In this document: piece after piece, positions 22,292-32,608 of the stretch
How positions within the stretch are numbered: the stretch's first letter is position 1
Layout: the number at the start of each line of letters is the position of its first letter
DNA from: Podarcis melisellensis
Lineage: Eukaryota
DNA: 64,000 nt
Direction: 5' to 3' (one strand)
Assembly (NCBI GenBank): GCA_964234715.1
Contig: OZ174275.1
Notes under the pieces: model-generated
What the model saw: the letters and a program-made list of their open reading frames with translations, nothing else
What the model was told of the DNA's origin: nothing
The model's database searches: none
Program-made: the position numbers and the translations under genes

Positions 22292-22759
22292 NNNNNNNNN
22301 NNNNNNNNNNNNNNNNNNNNNNNNNNNNNNNNNNNNNNNNNNNNNNNNNNNNNNNNNNNNNNNNNNNNNNNNNNNNNNNNNNNNNNNNNNNNNNNNNNNN
22401 NNNNNNNNNNNNNNNNNNNNNNNNNNNNNNNNNNNNNNNNNNNNNNNNNNNNNNNNNNNNNNNNNNNNNNNNNNNNNNNNNNNNNNNNNNNNNNNNNNNN
22501 NNNNNNNNNNNNNNNNNNNNNNNNNNNNNNNNNNNNNNNNNNNNNNNNNNNNNNNNNNNNNNNNNNNNNNNNNNNNNNNNNNNNNNNNNNNNNNNNNNNN
22601 NNNNNNNNNNNNNNNNNNNNNNNNNNNNNNNNNNNNNNNNNNNNNNNNNNNNNNNNNNNNNNNNNNNNNNNNNNNNNNNNNNNNNNNNNNNNNNNNNNNN
22701 NNNNNNNNNNNNNNNNNNNNNNNNNNNNNNNNNNNNNNNNNNNNNNNNNNNNNNNNNNN
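22292..22759. other. Assembly gap (468 N)
   Basis: Run of N. Confidence 1.
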
Positions 22760-25700
22760 GTTACATAACTTTCGGTCTGGGATGAGGCTAGGTGGGGTGG
22801 GGAGGAGAATACTTGGGGATGATAAAAGAAAAAAAGGATTCTAAAAAGTTCCACCAGACACCAAACATTTGCTGCTGGGTTTTCCACAAGCATAATAGTT
22901 GCAATTTATGTTCTTTTGTAGGGAGCTGAAAAAGTTGTGCTTTCTTAGCAGCTAATTATAGAGACGCAGGGTATGTCATTTCACCATGCAAACTTGGCTC
23001 TGATATAATAGATTGAAAGCTTGCCATGCTCCTCATTTCCTCGCTCTTTCTAGTATTTTCATCTCTCTCATTTTTCCATGCAGAGTTTCCTGACTAGATA
23101 TTGACAGAATGCAAAGTATTTTGGCATATTTGCTCGAGCGAGTCTGTTAAGTGGCTGGCGAAAGGCAAACGGGGAAGGCCCAAAGTCTTAAGCAAAACCC
23201 CAAACACTACAGAACACATCCGGAAAAACCAGTGGGATTCTGAATGGGAACGATTTGCAAAGAAGTACATGTTGGTCGATTGTTGTGCCAAGAGTCCTAG
23301 AACAGGGAAGGTTAAAAATCTTTCTCTGCCCCATATTTTTGAAATTAAATTACGTCCATCACGTTTATAAGCTACACCAACTATATTGCAGTTTGTGGGG
23401 TTTTATGAAAAGGTGTACCTGTATAAATCTGGCAACACCAAACAAATGTATATCTATTTGGCAGAGCAAAAGTCCAATATAGCAGGAAGCAAAGCAGAGG
23501 AAGTTGGAAATACCTGTATCCAGCACCCATACACAGATCTTTCTCCTAGATTTGCGAGTAGATTATACCCTGATTTTGGTAGGGTTTCCCAATAAGCATT
23601 TTAAAGTGCAGCCTCTGTAGATCTCCATAGCTGTTGGCAACTTCACTTAAATATAATTATTGTCAGTTTTATTGGGATTTCTTTACTGTGTAACCCATCC
23701 TGGGACCTTTGGGTGACAAATGGGTAATAATCATCAGTAGTAAATAAAATATTTAATGAGCACTATTTTAATGTTAATCATTTATATATAAACATGCTTT
23801 TAAGTATTTATGTGTAGAACATTAGCATAACTCTACAGATGAGATTTTTAAAAAATGGGCAAAAGCTGCTACTAAGTCTAGAGTTGGCCTTGAATCGGAA
23901 CCCATAACTATTAAGCTCAGCACTTTGTTCACCGATCCATTCTGGTTCATTGGGGATGTGTAATCATAGGGTGATAGCCCGTGGTGCCTGTTGATGAGTG
24001 AAACAGACTACTTCTCACACAGTAGGAATTCTCCTTCCTCTCCTATTCCATGCATCTCACCACTCACCCATACAAATCTCTTTAGCAGGGCTGGGACAAC
24101 CTCTGTAGAAGATTTTGGGGACATTGGGGGGGGTGAAGGCTGCAACATTAAGTTTTGTAGTGGATTAAAATACTTTCACCAATTAAGGTGTGCCAATTCA
24201 TGGGAAACCAGATATTTTTTTTAAATCGTAAGTAATTTTTAATGCACATACTATAAGAACTGCAGGTAGCAGAGTTGATATTGCAGGAGACTTTCCTACT
24301 ACTACTCAACACAGGATGGAAGTTGCTTCTAATATAGTTTTCTGTGATGCATGTGCCATCTGAAAATGTAGAAATTACATCCCCCCCCCCACAAAAAAGC
24401 AATTGATTTGTTCATCAGAATACATATGTGGATTTAATTCACTAAAAACTAATCAATCGAAAGCCGTATGATTAATTGGCTAAAAGTTCTTTAATCAGGT
24501 GACAGCTCTGGTTTCATTGTATTCATATTCAGCAATCTACTAAGACTGCTGTATTGGAACTTTTGACTCTGTGCCAATTTTTCTTTGCCAACTCACTGAA
24601 TTTGTCTAAGCCTTCAGATGTTGCTGCCAATCATACAAAAAATATATGCTGCAAAACATAGTTGAAAAAGTACAAGGCCTTTTGTGGCAACCATGAAATA
24701 TTAAGGTTCGTTTGATGTTGCAGATGTGTAGAACATGTTGTATTTTTAACATTCATGGCTGCATACATGTACATACTGTGACTATTTTTCAGATAGAGAT
24801 CAAATTGTTTCACCATTATGCATATAGGACTGGTGCTGTCAGCTGGCAACTTGGAGCAAGAAGATGCTTAGTTCTTCTGTAGTTTTGCCTAGTTTTCAGT
24901 GGGAACTTCCATGCTGCTAAGACTAGTCCATAATAGATGAAATGATATTAATGTCTTATCTCAACTACACAAACCTTAAGGCTGGGCACGGACTCTATTA
25001 AGCAAGAGCTCTTCCTATGCTTTTTGTTCATATGCAATCCCTCATTGTGCATGAATATTAACCATTTTCATCTCTTAAATCTCAGAGAGGTGCATTTTGT
25101 CTCATTCAGTGCATATTCAAAGCATGTAATGTCTTTCATTGGTGCTCAGATTAAGAATCAGAGTCTGTTTAGTCATTCCAAAATGTTAATGAATTAGAGT
25201 TCTTTTTGATTAGATGAAACAGACTTGGTTGTCTTATTTATCTCTCTAATACACTATCAAAGATTCAGGAAGCCGTTTTCCTTTGTGTCTTGCTATCCTC
25301 TTTCTCCTCCCCCTTCCCGGAACCTCGACTACTTGCCAAAGTTACAGCTAGCCAAAGAGACAAATAAAATTGCTAAAATTACTGGTGCTTCTGTTGAGTA
25401 GAGCTTTTTGAGCAACGTCAGGAGAGGCGAGGCTGTTGTGTGTGTTTACTTCACATCAAGCTTGTAGTCAAGTTTGAGGCTTGCTTTGTGAAGATTGTCC
25501 TGAAGTAGATCCTGATATTTAATTAATATGACATTAAATCACATTGAATTGATAAGAGTTGGCATCTCAAAGAAAGGTAATTGCCCGTATTGGTTTTGTA
25601 CAAAAATAGAGCTGCTTGGAAAATGTGCAGCTAACACAGACTGTCAACTCCATTTATAGATCAATACGTGAAAACCGTTGATCAGGCAGGCATGTGTAAC

Positions 25701-26685
25701 AGTAACACTTATTTCTTGTTTTTCTACTGCATTAAGGCTTACAGGTTTATCAGCTTCCAAAATATTTTGACTTCTGCGTAAATATGTAATCTGTTTAGTT
25801 TTAATTAAAAGAGACTGCAGTCCTTTCAAAATTGTTTCTAGCTTCATGATCTCCCCCTGCCCCCTCTCCCAGTTATAGCTGCAGGTAATTTTAGTTGAAA
25901 ATGGATTATTTCCTTCTTGGAAAAGATCATTAGAACACATTTTTAAAAGAGTATATTTAGTGGAAGGGCATTTTTTTTTGAAGATTTGTTTTGCTTTCTA
26001 CTTTGTTCTTTCCTGGGAGAAATATAGACACTAACAAAAACATTTTCTCAAGCAATAATGGGTAAGACACCCATAAGATTCTGTTTTCTAATAATAAAAA
26101 AAACCTTGCTGCTTCAGATTGCCTCAAAACTAAAATTATTTTACTCCTCGTGCCGTCCCTCCCCTGTCATCCCCCCCCTCAAGAGCTTATTTTCTTAGCC
26201 TTTACTGAACACAGAGACATTGCACATGACAGCCAGTGCACTGGATTATATATGGCTCCTCCATCTTGACTTTGACCGTGAGGTGCTATATGACAAAATG
26301 GCAGCGTCCAAATGGAAAAAATCTTGGCTGACAGATTGAAAGAATAAATTGAAGGGCTCTCATGGTTGGTTCAAGACCAGCATTGAAAAGTATCTGTTCC
26401 CAGCCAGTACTTATCTCAACAAATTAACATCTGTGACAGTCTGGAGCACAAGCTGAATGCAAATAACCATTTATCAAGTGGTAGCCTACAATGGTGTTAT
26501 ATAACCACTTGCAAAATCAGTCAGGTTTTACATTTTACCAGGTGGTATTGAGAATTTTTAGTACTATTCAGCTGACCATTTTGGGGCCAGATCACACTGC
26601 AGTTGACTTCACCTGCTGTGGATGCATTTTTGTTGGGGGCCATTGACAAGTGTGAATTGGCCCCATGTATGCTAATAATGGCATA

Positions 26686-27248
26686 CACTGCAGATGATGA
26701 CAGCAGTCACGAAATTAAAAGACGCCTGCTTCTTGGGAGAAAAGCAGTTAGAAATCTAGACAGCACCTTAAAAAGCAGAGACATCACCTTGCCGACAAAG
26801 GTCCGTATAGTTAAAGCTATGGTTTTCCCAGTAGTGATGTATGGAAGTGAGAGCTGGACCATAAAGAAGGCTGATTGCCGAAGAATCAATGCTTTTGAAT
26901 TATGGTGCTGGAGGGACTCTTGAGAGTCCCATGGACTGCAAGAAGATCAAACCTATACATTCTGAAGGAAATCAGCCCCGAGTGCTCACTGGAAGGACAG
27001 ATCCTGAAGCTGAGGCTCCAATACTTTGGCCACCTCATGAGAAGAGAAGACTCCCTGGAAAAGACCCTGATGTTGGGAAAGATGGAGGGCACAAGGAGAA
27101 GGGGACTACAGAGGACGAGATGGTTGGACAGTGTTCTCGAAGCTACCAGCATGCATTTGACCAAGCTGCGGGAGGCAGTGGAAGACAGGAATGCCTAGCG
27201 TGCTCTGGTCCATGGGGTCACGAAGAGTTGGACACGACTAAACAACAA
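26686..27248 (+). mobile_element. RTE-BovB LINE, 5'-truncated, frameshifted
   Basis: ORFs 26603 and 26902 give EIKRRLLLGRKA..LKSRDITLPTKVRIVKAMVFPVVMYGSESWT..LRVPWTARRSN..LEGQILKLRLQYFGHLMRR, typical of the BovB C-terminus. (CAA)n tail; TSD atgctaataatg/atgccaataatg (26669-26680, 27249-27260). Confidence 0.95.
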
Positions 27249-27267
27249 ATGCCAATAATGTTTTAGA

Positions 27268-27556
27268 TCAGTGGTGGTGGGCAGGGCCCTTTTCAAACTT
27301 AAGGCTAGGTAGCCTTCTGATGACCACATGCCAGTGGTGGGCAGGGCCAGAGGCTAAAGTGTATGGAGCAAACAAATGTAAATTGCACCCTTGTACAGTA
27401 GGCTAGTTTCTACACACCCTGTCTAAACACTCCTTTCTATATTCAGGAAGCAAAAGTCAAGTACAAATTCCAGCCAGGCAAAAACACTTGGGTTGCAAAG
27501 CAGGGCCAGTGAGGGGTGTGGCCTGGAGAAAGTTCTAAGGTTCAGGTAGACAGGCC
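27268..27556. mobile_element. Degenerate non-autonomous DNA element (unclassified)
   Basis: GC-richer block (ccacatgccagtggtgggcagggccagagg...gaggggtgtggcctgg) between BovB and the SINE. Resembles a recalled lizard repeat; termini are unclear. Confidence 0.4.
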
Positions 27557-27706
27557 TAGAAACATAGAATTGTAGAGTTGGAAGGGACTCTGAGGATCAT
27601 CTAGCCCAGCCCCCTGCAGTACAGGAATATGCCGCTGTCCCATATGGGGATTGAACCTGTAACCTTAGCATTATCAGCACTACGCCCTAACCAACTGAGC
27701 TATCCA
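27557..27706 (-). mobile_element. tRNA-Ile-derived SINE with CR1 3' tail (POM/Squam2-like)
   Basis: Revcomp tggatagctcagttggttagggcgtagtgctGATaatgctaaggttacaggttcaatcccc (A and B boxes) joined to ctagatgatcctcagagtcccttccaactctacaattctatg, which matches the neighbouring CR1 tail. Confidence 0.88.
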
Positions 27707-27717
27707 TTTGATCCCCT

Positions 27718-28369
27718 GCACAAATATAGAATGGGGGACACCTGGTTTGTGAAAAGGATATATGGGTCTTATTGGATCACAAGCTTAGCATGAGTCAATG
27801 CTTTTATAAGCGGTATTAACAGAAGTATAATGTTCCAATCAAGAGAAGTAATGGTCTTTCTTTCTTCTGCCTTGTTCAGACCACACTGGGAGTACTGTGT
27901 TGAGTTCTCGGCAACACAATTTAAGAAGGATGTTGACAAGTTGGAAGGTGTAAAGAGGAGGAGGACCCAGATGATGAAGGTTCTGGAAACTAAGCCTTAT
28001 GAGGAATGGTTGAAGGAGCTGGATAGGTTTAGCCTGGAAAAGAGGAGACTGAGAGGAGATATGATAGCCATCTTCAGTATCTAAACTGCTATCACATGAG
28101 AGATGGGGCAGTCTTGTTTTCTCCTGCTTGGAGGGTAAGACTCAAACCAATGGATTCAAGTTACAGGAAAGGAGATTCTGACTAAGCATCAGGAATACCT
28201 TTCTGAGAGTAAGAGCTGTTCAACAGTGGAACAGACTCCCACAAGAGGCGGTAGACTCTTCCTTGGAGGTTGGATGGCCATCTGCCATATATGATCTAGT
28301 TGAGATTTCTGCATTGCAGGGGGCTGGTCTAGATGGCCTCTGGGATCCCTTCCAGTTCTACAATTCTAT
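27718..28369 (+). mobile_element. CR1 LINE 3' fragment (decayed ORF2 C-terminus plus 3'UTR)
   Basis: ORF 27830: [55 protein letters not shown]; ends cccttccagttctacaattcta. Confidence 0.93.
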
Positions 28370-28726
28370 AAAGCACAGTATTCAGAGTGAGATTTTGACT
28401 ATTCTCCTATCAGCTAATTATTCTGAAAAAAGTCTCACCTGGTGGGATGTTTTGAGGGCAACACAGATACAGCTTCATCTGCAAGTCTTACATTTTTGAG
28501 GTCAACTTCACCCAGTGATGCACCATAGGTGTTGAGTAGTTTCTTTGTGCTTGAACTCATGGCAAAAGAAACTCTGACATAGTACTTCACACATGATCAT
28601 GTACACTCCCCCCCCCCATGTAAGAAAGCTGACGTAAACTAATCAGTGAGTTTAGGTTTTGTTCAGGAAACCTTGTCTCTAATCCAGATGAAGTTGAGTC
28701 CCCCCCCCCATTTGCTTTCCATGTTA

Positions 28727-28742
28727 CAGCCCCCTGGTGGGA
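28727..28742 (-). promoter_or_regulatory. CTCF-like motif
   Basis: Revcomp CCCCACCAGGGGGCTG contains the CCACCAGGGGGC core. May lie inside an old repeat. Confidence 0.35.
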
Positions 28743-29268
28743 GCTGCTTTTTTATGTGTTCATTCCTGTCACATTATGGCTTTAATGCTAAAAGCCACAA
28801 ACCACAGCTGGTGAGACCCCACTGATGTAGTAGTAGGTATGTGAATTCAGGGGCACAGGATGAACTCATAGAAAAGTGACTTCTACAGCATGATTATAAT
28901 ATGAAACTTTTCACTGTAAACGATGCCCGAGTCAAAATATAAATCAAAGCAATAAGGTGCTAATGTAAATCCAGTTTGGATGGATTTACTTCTAACTTTA
29001 GCGGGATTGAGGTTATAGATATATGGTGTTCTTTAGGTATTTTCCAGCTGCATAAAAATTACTTATTCACGAGCAGTTCTTGTGTGGCTACAGGAGCATT
29101 TCAGTAGCCCAGCCATGTGGGCTGTAGGAATGGTGCTGATTCTATAGGGGGGAAAAGAACCATATAATCAGACCATGCCCCCACGGTAGGGGGTCATTTA
29201 GATATTATCCTGCCTGTACAGGAGGCAGATATGAATAAGTGGCTCCCATGCAGCTTGAAGAACATCTA

Positions 29269-29711
29269 AAGCTGGAATGTGTGCAGAGGAGGGCAACCAA
29301 GATATTCAAGGGTCTGGAAACTAAGCCTTATGAGGAGCGCTTGAAGGAGCTGCATATGTTTAGCCTGGAAAAGAGGAGACTGAGAGGAGATATGCTAGCC
29401 ATCTTCAAATATATTAAGGGCTGTCACATGGAGGAGAGAGCATGATTGTTTTCTCCTGCTCTGGAGAGTAGAACTTGAACCAATGGCTTCGGGTTGCAAG
29501 AAAGAAGATCCTGACCAAACATTCGGAAAAACTTTCTGACAGAGGTGTTCAGCAGTGGAACAGACTCCCGTGAGAAGTGGTGGCCTCTCCTTCCTTGGAG
29601 GTTTTTAAACAGAGGTTAGATGGCCTTCTGTCATGGATGCTTTAGCTGAGATTCCTGCATTGCAGAGGGTTGGACTAGAGACCCTGGGTCCCTTCTAACT
29701 CTATGATTCTA
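29269..29711 (+). mobile_element. CR1 LINE 3' fragment with 11-bp TSD
   Basis: ORF 29239: [42 protein letters not shown]. Tail ctctatgattcta; AAGAACATCTA at 29258-29268 and 29712-29722. Confidence 0.94.
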
Positions 29712-31107
29712 AAGAACATCTACGTATAAGTCAATATGGATGACCATTTTACCACAGGTATGACCTTGATATGGTGAAATTGTCCATGCTACGTGGCACG
29801 GAATGCTAAGGCAAACAGCAGAATGAGTCTCTAAGACTGCTGAGGTAGTGTGTTCCCTTAGACTACAGCTGAGGGACACCAATTTTGAATATTCCCACAT
29901 AAAACAAAATTCTCCCTGCAAACTGAAACTAGCATTATCAGGAAGAAAGGCCCAGCCCATGGCTTCCTATTTGCAGGGAGTTGTTAATACAGGAAATCAT
30001 GAAGTGAGGCTACTGCCCATACTGCTGCCATTTTCCATGCATTCTGCTACCACATTCTGCATCATGTGTAAACTTAGGCCTGGTGCCAAGTAAGAGAAGG
30101 CAAAAGAGCTCATCTGGACAGCTGGTTGTTTGCACTCTTACTTTGAAGGGCAGTGGGCTGAATTCTGGTTTTGGAGAAGTGGGGTAAGGGTGATGGGGAA
30201 GCTAGTATGAAATCATAGCAATCTGAGCATTTGGTTCAGTTTGATAAGAATCACACTTTGTTGTTGTTTCCCTGGCCAGTAATTTCTTCCTTTCCTGTTT
30301 TTCTAGCAGCGATTATCTTAATACTTAAGACACAAAGCTTGATTCATATGCAGAGTTAGACACGTCTAAGCTCATTTCTTTAGGGCTAGGCATCTTTTGT
30401 GTCTTTTGCTACGTTTTTTCTAATACTGAGATTCTCCTATTTTATTGATATGCTATATGTTATTGGTAAAATAACTGTGCTCTGTATCCGTCCCTTTTCC
30501 TAGCCTGTTGGAGCAAGTTTCAGGTAACTGGAAGTAAGGATGAGAAAGGCGTCAAATTAAAATTCCCCTCCATTGTAAATTGCCCCCCCCCCCTTATAGT
30601 TTTATCCATCTAATTTGCTGGAAAACACTCTAATGGTGTTTCATAGAAGAGAAATCTTCAGTACAATTTTTGAAAGCCAGATTTAATTTACTCTAACCCC
30701 TTGATAGAAAGGTTAGGCAGTATGATGAAAACTAGATGAAATACTGTGTGAGCTGGGATGGCTGCTCCGTCACCACCATCATTTTTATTTTGATTTTATT
30801 TTATCAAATAGAATGCATGGATTGGATAAAACGTTTTGAAAATTTCCAGGCTCTCCCCTATCCTCTATGTTCTGACATGTCATGCTGTGAAAATATTTTA
30901 GTCTATTTACCAAGTACAAATTAGTCTTGCCAAAGGTCCTGAAAGTTTACTACTTCTGCTTAGATCCTTGCACTTCAAAGGAGGATGCAACTCTGCACAT
31001 TAGTGATCACACTATGTTGCCGCAATTTTAAACTTGAACTTAGCTAAATTCGTTTATAATTCACTGCCGATTGAATGCTGCCACAAATGTACGAGGGGAT
31101 ACTTTTT

Positions 31108-31552
31108 NNNNNNNNNNNNNNNNNNNNNNNNNNNNNNNNNNNNNNNNNNNNNNNNNNNNNNNNNNNNNNNNNNNNNNNNNNNNNNNNNNNNNNNNNNNNN
31201 NNNNNNNNNNNNNNNNNNNNNNNNNNNNNNNNNNNNNNNNNNNNNNNNNNNNNNNNNNNNNNNNNNNNNNNNNNNNNNNNNNNNNNNNNNNNNNNNNNNN
31301 NNNNNNNNNNNNNNNNNNNNNNNNNNNNNNNNNNNNNNNNNNNNNNNNNNNNNNNNNNNNNNNNNNNNNNNNNNNNNNNNNNNNNNNNNNNNNNNNNNNN
31401 NNNNNNNNNNNNNNNNNNNNNNNNNNNNNNNNNNNNNNNNNNNNNNNNNNNNNNNNNNNNNNNNNNNNNNNNNNNNNNNNNNNNNNNNNNNNNNNNNNNN
31501 NNNNNNNNNNNNNNNNNNNNNNNNNNNNNNNNNNNNNNNNNNNNNNNNNNNN
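31108..31552. other. Assembly gap (445 N)
   Basis: Run of N. Confidence 1.
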
Positions 31553-32500
31553 TTCTTTCAAAAAATGGCTTCTAATCCATTTTATGGCTTTAGGAGCTCT
31601 GTCTTTGAATTTACTGACAACTAATATTATGGTAAATTGCTCTTCCGAGAAGTACTGCAGGCTTTGGCAGTTTCATGGGAGCACAAGGTGGGTGGGATGG
31701 AATAGCAGCTCTTTCCCCTAAACTGACATACCATGTGCTGTCGCTGAAACGCCACTAAACTGCAGCCCATCTTGTGAAATGATATGTTCATAATTCTGCA
31801 CAGAAGAAGATGTCTAGTTGCAGGGAGGAAATGGTTCAGGGAGAGGGATCGTAATCAAACAAATTGAGAAAGGTGTCTTAAAACATTACGGCAAAACCTT
31901 AATAGAATTGGCGCAGCGATGAGCATCGTTTAGGCAAACGTTTCAAGAAGCAGATGTAGTTGGAGGAAAAGTGGCTGTGGTTGCAGGGGGAGAGGATTGA
32001 AAAGGGAAAGTATAAAAGAAGACACCCCCCTAAAAAAAACACTGCATCATTCCCCCATCGTCTCTTATTAACAAATGGCCACGGCTAAGAATTTACATAT
32101 TGAGAAAATATGTTTTTCTAACAAATGTAATGGGGGGTTTGTTGGAAAAGGCCAAGGTGGTAAAGTTCCCCAACAATGAATTTAATGCAAGCCCAAGTGA
32201 AATATTTATTTACTTTGCCAAAAGTGAGAATATGGTTCTGTTAAAAAGATCTGACAGAAGTAACATGGTGTTTGATGCAGGGAAGCTGACAGCGGCATGG
32301 AGTGAGCGCTGATTATCCTGAAGACACTGTCAGCTAGGATTGATTTCTACTTTCTCCCTTTATGTAACGGTTCCTGTAATACAGCTGACCCCAAATCACG
32401 TTACCTTGTCATCTCTCTGAATGGATCAAGAAGAGATGAGCTGAAAATAGCTAGGCACTGACCTTGAACTTGCCAGAACAGTGAGAAGTGACAGTGGCTT

Positions 32501-32536
32501 TGTGTATGTGTGTGTGTATGTGTGTGTGAGAGAGAG
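32501..32536. repeat. Compound (TG)n(AG)n microsatellite
   Basis: tgtgtatgtgtgtgtgtatgtgtgtgtgagagagag. Confidence 0.85.
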
Positions 32537-32588
32537 TGGGTTTCATGTACAAAGACAGCCAAGCTGCTTTTCAGTCAAGTTCACTTCA

Positions 32589-32608
32589 GCAGCACAAGGG
32601 GGCAGAGC
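32589..32608 (+). promoter_or_regulatory. CTCF-like motif
   Basis: GCAGCACAAGGGGGCAGAGC resembles the CTCF consensus and lies in a transposon-free block. Confidence 0.35.

Noticed and set aside
22114-22893. Long ORFs (259 and 188 aa)
   Set aside because: Artefacts of translating through the N gap.
23220-23310. Remnant WW domain (paralogues ARHGAP9/12/27 have WW domains)
   Set aside because: QWDSEW..KKY lacks the GR.YY.N core and the distal W..P of a WW domain.
27630-27706. Functional tRNA-Ile gene
   Set aside because: Stems show CpG-type decay, the acceptor stem is incomplete and the head is fused to a CR1 tail, so it is a SINE.
26603-29445. Reverse-transcriptase-like ORFs as host genes or active elements
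   Set aside because: 5'-truncated BovB and CR1 fragments, mostly with frameshifts or stops, lacking the RT core and endonuclease.
31034-31721. Four ORFs of 166-216 aa
   Set aside because: Artefacts of translating through the N gap.
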